NCBI GenBank assembly: GCA_031416315.1
Contig: JANOTL010000173.1
Location: 1-23,674 of the forward strand
Length of the DNA stretch: 23,674 bases
Direction: 5' to 3'
Source of the DNA: Pseudomonadota bacterium
Lineage (GTDB): Bacteria > Bdellovibrionota_B > Oligoflexia > Oligoflexales > CAIYRB01
A program made the translations under genes and the position numbers. The first letter of the stretch is position 1, and each line of letters opens with the position of its first letter. Below, in pieces: positions 12,551 to 20,400 of this stretch. Under the pieces are notes generated by a model, which did no database searches, had not been told where the DNA came from, and saw only the letters and a program-made list of their open reading frames with translations.

Positions 12551-14448
12551 GCGTAAGTCTCCGAGCTCAGGTAAGCGCCGAATGCGGCGTCAATGCGGCC
12601 ATGACTGGCACCGAGCGCGCGGCCGACGCGATCCACGACCTCGTCGGTCGTCAGCGATTGATTGCTCAACACGCGTGGGATGTGGCGCGCCAGCCCGGTC
12701 GCGAGGACCGTGCCGTCGCCGATCAGATGCTGCGCCAAGTCCTTCACGGCGCCTAGGCGCACGTCCTGACCGCGGCCCGAAAGGTCCGGCGCGCACGCCG
12801 CCTCGCCCGCGCCGCCGGCCAGGAGGCCCTCGAGAAGCGCTTTCGTCACGCGGGGCTTCGAGCCGCCTTCGACGTCGTTGACCCGCGTCTCGCCGGTCGC
12901 GTCGGCGAGCGCCGGATCTAGGTCCATTCGCGCCTTTTGGCCGTAGACCAGGCCCGAGGCCGAGAAGGGCCGGAAGAGGATCGAGCCCGCGGCCATGTGC
13001 CGCGCGATGTGACAACTCTGGCAGAAGATGCCCGACGCCGGGATCGAGGCGGCGCCGTAGGCGGCGACGTTCTTCTTGTCGGCGCTGAGCGTCCCGCGCC
13101 AGTCGTTCGTCTTGAGGCAGGCGGGCAAGGGCGGCACCGCGCCGTCGCCGGCGCCGCCGTCGACTGAGGATTTGAAGACGTCGCCGCTAATCAAAAAGTG
13201 CAGGAGCTTCACGCGGCCGTAGTTGTTGTTCTCGGAGAGAAAGCTCGAGGGCTTGGAGGCAAGGAAGCTCACGCTCGTGAAGTAGCTCCCGCGCGGCGCC
13301 GGCGGCGTGCAGCTGGCCCAGCCGGCTGCGGCGCCGCAGCCGTAGAGCGCCGCGGTGTTGGGCGAGACCATGATCTCGTCGTCGAGCAGGATGTCGCGGT
13401 AAGATTTCTCGGCGTGCCGCGCCAGGAGGAGCTGATAGAGCTCCTGCTTGAGGTCGCGCGTCTGATCCTCGCTCAGGCCGGGAAGCGGCTTGATCTGCGC
13501 GGCGCCGGAAAGGCGCTCGGCGAATTTCCGCAGCGTGACGGTCTCAAACTCGGTGCGCCAGCCGTCCGCGGCGGTCAGGCGCGTGGCGAGCGCGTCGCGC
13601 TGGGCGGCGGTGACGGGGAGGTCCAGCTCCGCGCCGGGGAGCTCGAGCTCGGCGAGCCGCGGCGGCCGGTCGAAGAAGTCCTCGGTGATCCGCGCGAGAA
13701 AGCGACGGTAGCTCATCGAGCGCTCGCATTTGTAGACGAGGATGACGTTGGTTGCGCCGGCGCCCTCTGGCGCCGTCTTCTCGAAACGTCGCCGGGCCTC
13801 CTCGACCACCACGGGCTTCTCCGCCTCGAACCAGGCGAGGAAACGGTCGAGGGCCGCGCGAGCGCTCGAAGTGAGGACCCCGGAAGGCATAGGCGGCGGC
13901 TCGCCCGCCGCGACGCCGCGGCTCTTCGCCTTCATCGACCAATAGGCCTTCGCGTCGACGGCGGCAACGGCATTGGCGCCCGGCTCGAAGCCCCACCGAG
14001 CGGCCATGGCGCTACGCCCCTTCGTGTGGCAGTCGGCGCAGGCCTCGCCCAGAAAATCGGCGGCCTGGGCGGCGTCGTAAGAGCCGGTGCCCGCTTGCGC
14101 TGCGGAGCCCGAGCCGGTCTCCAGGACAATGCTCGTCGAGCCGCTGCCGACGGGCCCGCCGCTGCCGTTCTGGATGACGATCGCGGACGAGCCGTTGCCG
14201 CCGGTGACGGGGGAGCCCGAGCCTACCGCGTGACCCGCGACGAGGCAGTCGGCGCTCGTCGAGCCGGAGCCAGAGCCCTCGTCGCAGTCCTTGCTGCCTG
14301 AAGACACAGCGTCAGCGCCACCGGGGGTGACGCCGCGCTTCTTCTGGTACGCCTTGATGTCGTCGCGCTTTCCCACCTCGTACTTCTCCTGCTTGCACGC
14401 CGGAGCGAGCAGGAGAAGAAGGAGCGCGAGCCCCGAGCGCGTCAGCAT
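12538..14448 (-). CDS. Lipoprotein with two CxxCH motifs (cytochrome c-like domain plus DUF1588/DUF1585-like region)
   Basis: Lipobox 'LLLAPAC'. CADCH at 14026-14040 is followed later by 'PPPMP', a possible distal Met. 'PRGSYFTSVSFL' and CQSCH (13009-13023) followed by 'FRPFSASG' resemble DUF1588-type modules. Confidence 0.78.
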   Translation of the reverse strand: MLTRSGLALLLLLLAPACKQEKYEVGKRDDIKAYQKKRGVTPGGADAVSSGSKDCDEGSGSGSTSADCLVAGHAVGSGSPVTGGNGSSAIVIQNGSGGPVGSGSTSIVLETGSGSAAQAGTGSYDAAQAADFLGEACADCHTKGRSAMAARWGFEPGANAVAAVDAKAYWSMKAKSRGVAAGEPPPMPSGVLTSSARAALDRFLAWFEAEKPVVVEEARRRFEKTAPEGAGATNVILVYKCERSMSYRRFLARITEDFFDRPPRLAELELPGAELDLPVTAAQRDALATRLTAADGWRTEFETVTLRKFAERLSGAAQIKPLPGLSEDQTRDLKQELYQLLLARHAEKSYRDILLDDEIMVSPNTAALYGCGAAAGWASCTPPAPRGSYFTSVSFLASKPSSFLSENNNYGRVKLLHFLISGDVFKSSVDGGAGDGAVPPLPACLKTNDWRGTLSADKKNVAAYGAASIPASGIFCQSCHIARHMAAGSILFRPFSASGLVYGQKARMDLDPALADATGETRVNDVEGGSKPRVTKALLEGLLAGGAGEAACAPDLSGRGQDVRLGAVKDLAQHLIGDGTVLATGLARHIPRVLSNQSLTTDEVVDRVGRALGASHGRIDAAFGAYLSSETYACEP

Positions 14449-14449
14449 C

Positions 14450-16990
14450 TCAGTTTCCTTTGAACGCAGGCTTGAGCTGGGAGAACGCCTTCAGGCCGTG
14501 CAAAAGGCGGTAGTCGAAGTTTACGTAGCTCTTGCCCTGCGGATAGCCGTGCACCGGGTGCGCGTTGTTCGGCGTGGCGCAAAGGTCCGGCGTCGTCACG
14601 ATGTCAAAGCTCGTGGTGAGGACCGTGCCGTCGATCGCGTAGGAGTTGGGAACGTAAGTGTTCGCGTCCTTCCAGGCGCCGGATGAGCCACGCACGCCCT
14701 TCCAAGCGTAGAGATTCGCCTCGATCACGTTGAATCCGCCGTGCACGTTGCAGTCGCAGTGCTCGTAGGCCGCCTTCGTGAAGCTCGGCATCGTGTTCGT
14801 CTGGCAGTTCCACACCGGCTCGTAGAGGCGCTTGAAGGCGACCTTCCCGCCTGGATACCAGCCGTACATCGCTTGAACGTATGGGTTGGTCAGCGGATTC
14901 GCGTACTGCGGGTAGTTGTCGCCCGCGAAGATCATGCCGGCGGCGACGATGGCGAGGCTATCTTTCGCGCCATTGACGCGGTCCTTGCCCTGAGTCGAGG
15001 CCGTCGTCTCGTTCTCCGAGAAGGGAAACGCCGTATTCGTCGCGATCAGATCGTGTGGAATGTAGACGTTGCCGCTGACGTAAATGGTGCCGTTGCCGAC
15101 GAAACGGCCCTTGATCACGAGGTCGCCCTGGACGAGGACCTCGCCGTCGATCTGGAACGGATGCGCCGCGTCGCCGACGATGACGACGTTGCGCTGGGCT
15201 CTCGGCGCGATGGTGTCACTCGGGATTTGCGCGTCGTGCCAGGAGGAGGCGGCGACGGCGGTCGACGTGAGGACGCCTGAGACCTTGGTCTTCAGTGAGG
15301 CGTAGTCGAGCGTCGGGAAATCCGGGTAGCCGTCGTTGGTCACGTCTTTCGGGAGGGGCAGTCCGGAATGCGGGCGATGGAGCGTGCCCTGGATGACGCT
15401 CAACGGCATGCGGAACTGCTTCGCGGCGTACCAGTCGTGGCGCGCCGTGAGGTCTCCCGGGCCTTTGCACTTCACGCCTTCGGCGTGGTCGATCGAGCCG
15501 ACGACGCCGCGCCATTCGAGGCGCTGGCAGTTGCCGGGAAAGAGATCAACCAAGTGCAGAGGAATGGCGATTTTCTCGGGATCCTCCGGCAAGGGCGGCG
15601 GCGGCGGCGGCGGATACGGGCCGCCCGGCGGCGTCTGGCCCGGCGGATACGGCGTGGGCGGAGTTTGGCCCGGCGGATACGGCGAGGGCGGCGTCTGCCC
15701 CGGCGGATAGGGCTCAGGGGGATTTTGTCCCGGAGGATAAGGGCCGCCCGGCGGATTTTGGCCCGGCGGATACGGGCCACCCGGAGGATTCTGCTGGTCT
15801 AAGACCTCGACCACGAGCCGCGCGTCGCGGCCGCGCACGCCGTTTTTCTTCACCGTGCCGACGATCATGTTGTCGCCGTCGCGATCGGGCGTCACGGTCG
15901 CGGGATGGCGACCGCGGGCCAAATCCTTCATCGACAGGAAGGCGCGATTCGCGCCGTTCAAATAGAGGCGAACGCGCGATGCGCCCGCCGCGACCTTCAC
16001 CCAGATCGGATACGGCACGTCCTTGCGCGGCTTAAGCTCCGGCTGGACCGCGATCAGCTCGAGCAGCGGCCGCACGCGCAAACGCACGCGATGGCGCTCT
16101 TCGAACTTCGGGTACTTCACAATCAAGGTGACGAGGTAGGTGCCCGGCTCGAGGAGGTGCGTATCGAGCGGCCAAATGCCGTCCGGGATGTCTTTCTCCG
16201 GGACGGGGTACTCCCGTTTATAGGTTGAGAACTGCGACTCGACCAGGACGTTGGCGGAGCTGGCGCCCGGAATCTTCCAATAGAACGTGATCAGCGAGCC
16301 CCAATCGACGACGAGGATTTGCGTCGGATGCTCTTTCGGTCCGCCGCTGCCGCCGGTGGTGCCGCCGTCGGTTGTCCCGCCGGCCGTCGTCGGGCCAGCG
16401 GTCGGCGTCGCTGTCGTGGCGCCCGCGGTCGTCGGCGAGGCGGTCGTCGCGCCCGCGGTCGTCGGCGTGGCGGTCGTCGCGCCGTCAGTCGTCGCGCCCG
16501 CGGTCGTCGGCGAGGCGGTCGTCGCGCCATCGGTCGTGGCCCCCGCCGTCGTCGGCGATGGCCCTGGCCCCGGTCCCGGCCCGGCCGTCGTCGCCCCGTC
16601 GCTCGTCGTTCCTGCGGTCGTGTTGCCCGCCGTCGTCGGCGAGGGCGCCGGGCCCGGGCCAGCCGTGGCACCGTCGTCGTCGTCGTCGTCCGCGGTCGTC
16701 GTCGGCGGGCTCGCAGACGGAGACGGGTTCTCGGTCACGACCTCGGCATCCGGCGCGTCGGTACCGGCACGAAACGAATCGTCGCCCACGGCCGGCGTGC
16801 CCGAGCCCGGTCCCGGCGGCGTCTTCGGCCCGACCGGGATGGCGTCGTCGGCGCCCTGCGGGCCGCTCTTGTCCGATTTCTTCTCCTTGCGGACGAACTC
16901 GATCTCGCTCTTGCAGCCGACCGCCCCGAGCACGAGCGCCAACGCGAGGGAGGCCTCCAGGACGAGACGGGTCGAAAGATGGCAACGCAT
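14450..16990 (-). CDS. Large lipoprotein: Thr/Ala repeat stalk, beta-rich central domains, PYPPGQ repeats, C-terminal beta-helix-like domain
   Basis: ATG at 16990 with GGAG upstream and lipobox 'LGAVGC'. The C-terminal 'IDGEVLVQGDLVIKGRFVGNGTIYVSGNVYI...FDYRL' pattern suggests a beta-solenoid. The stop is 1 nt before the next ATG. Confidence 0.82.
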   Translation of the reverse strand: MRCHLSTRLVLEASLALALVLGAVGCKSEIEFVRKEKKSDKSGPQGADDAIPVGPKTPPGPGSGTPAVGDDSFRAGTDAPDAEVVTENPSPSASPPTTTADDDDDDGATAGPGPAPSPTTAGNTTAGTTSDGATTAGPGPGPGPSPTTAGATTDGATTASPTTAGATTDGATTATPTTAGATTASPTTAGATTATPTAGPTTAGGTTDGGTTGGSGGPKEHPTQILVVDWGSLITFYWKIPGASSANVLVESQFSTYKREYPVPEKDIPDGIWPLDTHLLEPGTYLVTLIVKYPKFEERHRVRLRVRPLLELIAVQPELKPRKDVPYPIWVKVAAGASRVRLYLNGANRAFLSMKDLARGRHPATVTPDRDGDNMIVGTVKKNGVRGRDARLVVEVLDQQNPPGGPYPPGQNPPGGPYPPGQNPPEPYPPGQTPPSPYPPGQTPPTPYPPGQTPPGGPYPPPPPPPLPEDPEKIAIPLHLVDLFPGNCQRLEWRGVVGSIDHAEGVKCKGPGDLTARHDWYAAKQFRMPLSVIQGTLHRPHSGLPLPKDVTNDGYPDFPTLDYASLKTKVSGVLTSTAVAASSWHDAQIPSDTIAPRAQRNVVIVGDAAHPFQIDGEVLVQGDLVIKGRFVGNGTIYVSGNVYIPHDLIATNTAFPFSENETTASTQGKDRVNGAKDSLAIVAAGMIFAGDNYPQYANPLTNPYVQAMYGWYPGGKVAFKRLYEPVWNCQTNTMPSFTKAAYEHCDCNVHGGFNVIEANLYAWKGVRGSSGAWKDANTYVPNSYAIDGTVLTTSFDIVTTPDLCATPNNAHPVHGYPQGKSYVNFDYRLLHGLKAFSQLKPAFKGN
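15593..15793 (-). repeat. Intragenic 30-33 bp tandem repeat encoding PYPPGQ(N/T)PP units, ending in poly-Pro
   Basis: Six PYPP units are visible in the translation. Synonymous positions have diverged between copies. Confidence 0.9.
16351..16640 (-). repeat. Intragenic 15-bp-period repeat encoding xTTxx pentapeptides (PTTAG/ATTDG/ATTAS/ATTAT)
   Basis: Recurrent 'gtcgtcgcg/gtcgtcggc' at 15-bp spacing on the + strand, with a higher-order 45-bp duplication. Confidence 0.9.
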
Positions 16991-17067
16991 GACGACTCCA
17001 AGACCGACCGGTGGACAGGCGGCCCCCCGGCTGTTAAACTTCAAATGCCTGAATCTAAAGGGAAATA

Positions 17068-18501
17068 ATGATGCTGTGGACGCGAGACGCTGGCAAGCGG
17101 CAGAAGCCTTGGACGGTTTCGTCAGTCCCGCTCCATTTTACTACGATTTTCGCGGTGATTGGCGCCATGCTCGGGGTTCTCCCGGCGCAACCCACCGCGC
17201 GTGCGAACGTCGTCGGCACCGATTTCCAAAATTTCAATCCGACCTACAACGGCCTCGACTTCGTCACCGTGCAATCGTCGGAGACCCTGCATCCGGGGAT
17301 CCTGAACTTGGGACTCTTCCTCAATCACGCGGCGAACGCGTTGCCAGAGTACGACGACGACGGCCGGCTCATTCGCTACCGCAGCCCCAAGCAGCGCAAT
17401 TCGCTCGTCGGCATGGACTTGGGTTTCGGCCTCGGCCTGATGAGGAACTGGGACGTCGGCGTCAGCATGCCCTTCGCCGTCGCGCAGAGCGTGGAGGAAG
17501 AGAACAGCCGCTTCCAATACAAAGCGCGCGGCCTCAATGAAGTACGCCTCGTCAGCAAGCTGCGCCTCTACGGCATGGACGACGGCGGCATCGCGCTGAT
17601 CGGCAACGTCGGTCAGAACCAGATCAAGAACAACCCGATCACCGGCGAGCACCCCGGCCCGACTTATGCCTTCGAGCTGGCGCTCGATACGACCGTCAAC
17701 CGCATCGCCATGGGCCTGAATTTGGGCTACCGCAAGCGCAATCCAGGCCCACGCCTCGTCGACGTGCCGCTCGAGCCCTTCCACGATCAGTACCTCGCGT
17801 CCGGCGCGCTGAGCTACCTCTTCACCAAGATTCGCACGAAGGCGATCTGGGAGGTGTTCGGCAGCGCCCCCGTCGACGAGGCGAACGACGAGCTGAAGAA
17901 GCTGCAGACCACGGCCGAGACGATCGTCGGCCTCAAGCATCAATCGACGCAGCACCTCGATCTGAACGCCGGCTTCGGAAGCTTCCTCAATAAGACCGCG
18001 GCAAGCCCCGACTGGCGCCTCTACGCCGGCCTCAACTACACGATCGGGCCGATGTGGGGCGGCTCGGGCCCCGAGCGCACCGTGAAGCGGCAGAAGACGC
18101 GCCTCCGCAAGCCCGGCAAGACGCCGGCCGTGGTCGAGGAGACGGTGGAGACGTTCATCATCCAGAACGTCCACTTCCAATATGACTCCGACCGGGTCGT
18201 CCTGGCCGGCGCGAAGGAGATCTTGCGCGAGGTCGCGCGCGCCATCCGCGCCAACGGCAGCTACCGCTTGATCACGATCGAAGGCCACACGGACGCGATC
18301 GCAAGCGAGGATTACAACATCGACCTGTCCCGACGCCGCGCCGAGACCATCCGCAAATACCTCGTCGCCGTCTTCAATTTCCCGGCCGACAAGCTCGAAG
18401 CCGTGGGTTATGGCGAGTCGCGCCCGATCTCGTCCAACGACAACTATCAGGGCAGGCAGATGAACCGCCGCGTCGAAGTCAAGATCTATCGCGGGGACTG
18501 A
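17068..18501 (+). CDS. Outer-membrane protein: N-terminal beta-barrel plus C-terminal OmpA-like peptidoglycan-binding domain
   Basis: Signal peptide ending '...TARA'. Amphipathic strands (e.g. 'DWRLYAGLNY'). OmpA motifs 'IEGHTD', 'NIDLSRRRAE', 'GYGESRP', 'NRRVE'. The exact start is uncertain. Confidence 0.9.
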   Translation: MMLWTRDAGKRQKPWTVSSVPLHFTTIFAVIGAMLGVLPAQPTARANVVGTDFQNFNPTYNGLDFVTVQSSETLHPGILNLGLFLNHAANALPEYDDDGRLIRYRSPKQRNSLVGMDLGFGLGLMRNWDVGVSMPFAVAQSVEEENSRFQYKARGLNEVRLVSKLRLYGMDDGGIALIGNVGQNQIKNNPITGEHPGPTYAFELALDTTVNRIAMGLNLGYRKRNPGPRLVDVPLEPFHDQYLASGALSYLFTKIRTKAIWEVFGSAPVDEANDELKKLQTTAETIVGLKHQSTQHLDLNAGFGSFLNKTAASPDWRLYAGLNYTIGPMWGGSGPERTVKRQKTRLRKPGKTPAVVEETVETFIIQNVHFQYDSDRVVLAGAKEILREVARAIRANGSYRLITIEGHTDAIASEDYNIDLSRRRAETIRKYLVAVFNFPADKLEAVGYGESRPISSNDNYQGRQMNRRVEVKIYRGD

Positions 18502-18570
18502 GCGTAGCTCCTAGACTACAACTGCCGTGATGCCGGACCCGCCACCTCGCCTTGAGGCGGAGGAGGCGCC

Positions 18571-18587
18571 GCGGAACGGATCTTGCT
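18571..18587 (+). promoter_or_regulatory. Putative sigma54 (-24/-12) promoter
   Basis: gcGGAACGgatcTTGCt has GG at 18573-74 and GC at 18585-86, exactly 10 nt apart. It is intergenic, 40 nt upstream of the protease ATG. Confidence 0.55.
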
Positions 18588-18626
18588 GCTCCCACCACGC
18601 GCATGCATGCGTCCGTTGGAGCCCTC

Positions 18627-19883
18627 ATGATCTCGCGTGTCTTTCTTTTGACTCTTCTCGTCTCGATCCCAGGCTGTAACAGCGAGCCCGACGTTGCGCA
18701 CGAGCACAACATCTTCGGCCCGGACAACCGCGAAACGGCGCCAGGCGCCGCCCCCTACCGCGCCGTCGGCCGCCTCGACAGCGGTTGCACGGCGACCCTG
18801 GTCGGACGCAACGTCATCCTCACGGCTGCGCACTGCATCGTCGACAACGCGACGGGGCTCGTGCACTCCAACCTCACCTACTTTCGCCCTGACTATCGCG
18901 ACGGCGAGGGCGCTCGAGCTGCCTTCGTCGATTACGTCTGGCTCGGCTCGCTGACGCCGGAGGACGATCGTGTCGACGACTGGGCTCTGGCGCGGATCGA
19001 CCAGAATTTAGGCGACGAATTCGGGACATTGCCGGTCCAAGAGGTCGCTGCACCGCCAATGCCTTACACCGTGAGCCTCGTCGGCTACTCGCAGGACAAG
19101 GACGGCGGGAACACCCCTTACCTGCATCGCGGATGCTACGTTCATCAGGTGGTCGAAGGAAAATGGTTTCACGACTGCGATTCGACGGCCGGGATCTCCG
19201 GCGCGCCGATGCTCGCCACCCTCGGCGGCGCGACCTACGTCGTCGGCGTGTCGGTGAGCGAGTACCGCCAGGGTGCGCCGGGATCGGTGACGCGCGACCA
19301 GTATTCGGCCGACTACGCCAACGTCGCCGTGCCGGCGACGCGGTTCATGAGCGCCGCGACGCGGATCGTCGGAGCGCTCGCATCCGGCGGGGAGCTGCCG
19401 AGCGTCGAGGGCGTGACGGAGCGCCTGAATCCGAATGCGCGCACAGCTGACGGCGGAGGTGATGGTGCCGGCGGCGGCGACGACGAGATCGCCGCAGCCG
19501 CCGCACGTCTCGCCGCCCGCGACACGCTCGCGTACCGCACCGGAGCCATCGAGGGCCAGCTCCACCGTTCCAGAGAGCTCACGCGCACGCTCGTCGATTT
19601 CGCTCTGCAGCTCGGAGACGAGCGCCTGGCGCAGTCCGCGCGCAAGCTCATGACCGACGGCGAGACCCTCCAGGAGACCTTGCGCTCCGCCGTCGGTGGA
19701 CTCTTGGGCCAAAACTTTCAAACCGAACTGGCGGCGCGCTTCGTAGACGTCGCCAGAGATCACCGTGCGATCGCGAACGTCGACCCTTCGCGCTACGAGC
19801 GCTACGCAGGCGAAAGGCTGCAGGCTTTTCAGCATGACTTGGCGCAGGCGAAGGACGGACTGGAAGCGTCGCTCTTCCGATGA
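18627..19883 (+). CDS. Trypsin-fold (S1, V8/Mpr-like) serine protease lipoprotein with extra C-terminal helical domain
   Basis: ATG 18627 with GGAG upstream and lipobox 'VSIPGC'. Mature-start-like 'IFGPDNR'. Catalytic triad 'TAAHC', 'DDWAL', 'GISGAP'. A Gly-rich linker precedes a helical tail. Confidence 0.88.
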   Translation: MISRVFLLTLLVSIPGCNSEPDVAHEHNIFGPDNRETAPGAAPYRAVGRLDSGCTATLVGRNVILTAAHCIVDNATGLVHSNLTYFRPDYRDGEGARAAFVDYVWLGSLTPEDDRVDDWALARIDQNLGDEFGTLPVQEVAAPPMPYTVSLVGYSQDKDGGNTPYLHRGCYVHQVVEGKWFHDCDSTAGISGAPMLATLGGATYVVGVSVSEYRQGAPGSVTRDQYSADYANVAVPATRFMSAATRIVGALASGGELPSVEGVTERLNPNARTADGGGDGAGGGDDEIAAAAARLAARDTLAYRTGAIEGQLHRSRELTRTLVDFALQLGDERLAQSARKLMTDGETLQETLRSAVGGLLGQNFQTELAARFVDVARDHRAIANVDPSRYERYAGERLQAFQHDLAQAKDGLEASLFR

Positions 19884-19899
19884 ACAAAGGAGTGTCCCC

Positions 19900-20400
19900 A
19901 TGATTTCGATCAAACGATTCAGATTGGTGCTTGCCCTTGGACTGAGCTCGATGATGACGCCGATGGCGAGCGCCGATTCGGACAGCAGCGCGAGCGCCGG
20001 CGCGTTCACGGCCATCGTCGACGCCGCTCCCGGCGTGATGATCCGTGTGCCAGTGGACGCGGCCGGCAAAGAGAACACCGACGCGGCCGAGTTGCGCGTG
20101 CCGCAGGACGTGGTCGACTCGAGCAACTTCACGGCGGCGTGGGAGGGCGCCGTCGACGGCTCGCAAGTGCCGCAAGTCGGCCAGAGCGGCGACTCGAGCA
20201 CGCGCTTGAACGACAACTACTGGGGCTGGAGCAGCTGGAACGGCTACGGCAGCTACTACAACTATTATTACAACTACCAGCCGTACTACTATTACAATGG
20301 CTACAACAACTACTACAGCTACAACCAGCCGTACTACTACAATAGCTACTACGGCAGCTACCCGTACTACCGTTACTATTATTGGAACCGCTACTACTAA
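19900..20400 (+). CDS. Secreted 166-aa protein with a Tyr/Asn/Trp-rich low-complexity C-terminus
   Basis: AAGGAG RBS, ATG 19900, Sec signal ending 'ASA'. The last 60 codons (20218-20397) encode 29 Tyr and 4 Trp. Confidence 0.88.
   Translation: MISIKRFRLVLALGLSSMMTPMASADSDSSASAGAFTAIVDAAPGVMIRVPVDAAGKENTDAAELRVPQDVVDSSNFTAAWEGAVDGSQVPQVGQSGDSSTRLNDNYWGWSSWNGYGSYYNYYYNYQPYYYYNGYNNYYSYNQPYYYNSYYGSYPYYRYYYWNRYY

Noticed and set aside
16287..17540. 417-aa + strand ORF with VAPAVV repeats
   Set aside because: It is the antisense read of the Thr repeats of the minus-strand lipoprotein, with no independent support.
20218..20397. Low-GC TAC/AAC tract as a microsatellite or foreign insert
   Set aside because: Explained by in-frame Tyr/Asn codons, mostly with host-type C-ending usage.
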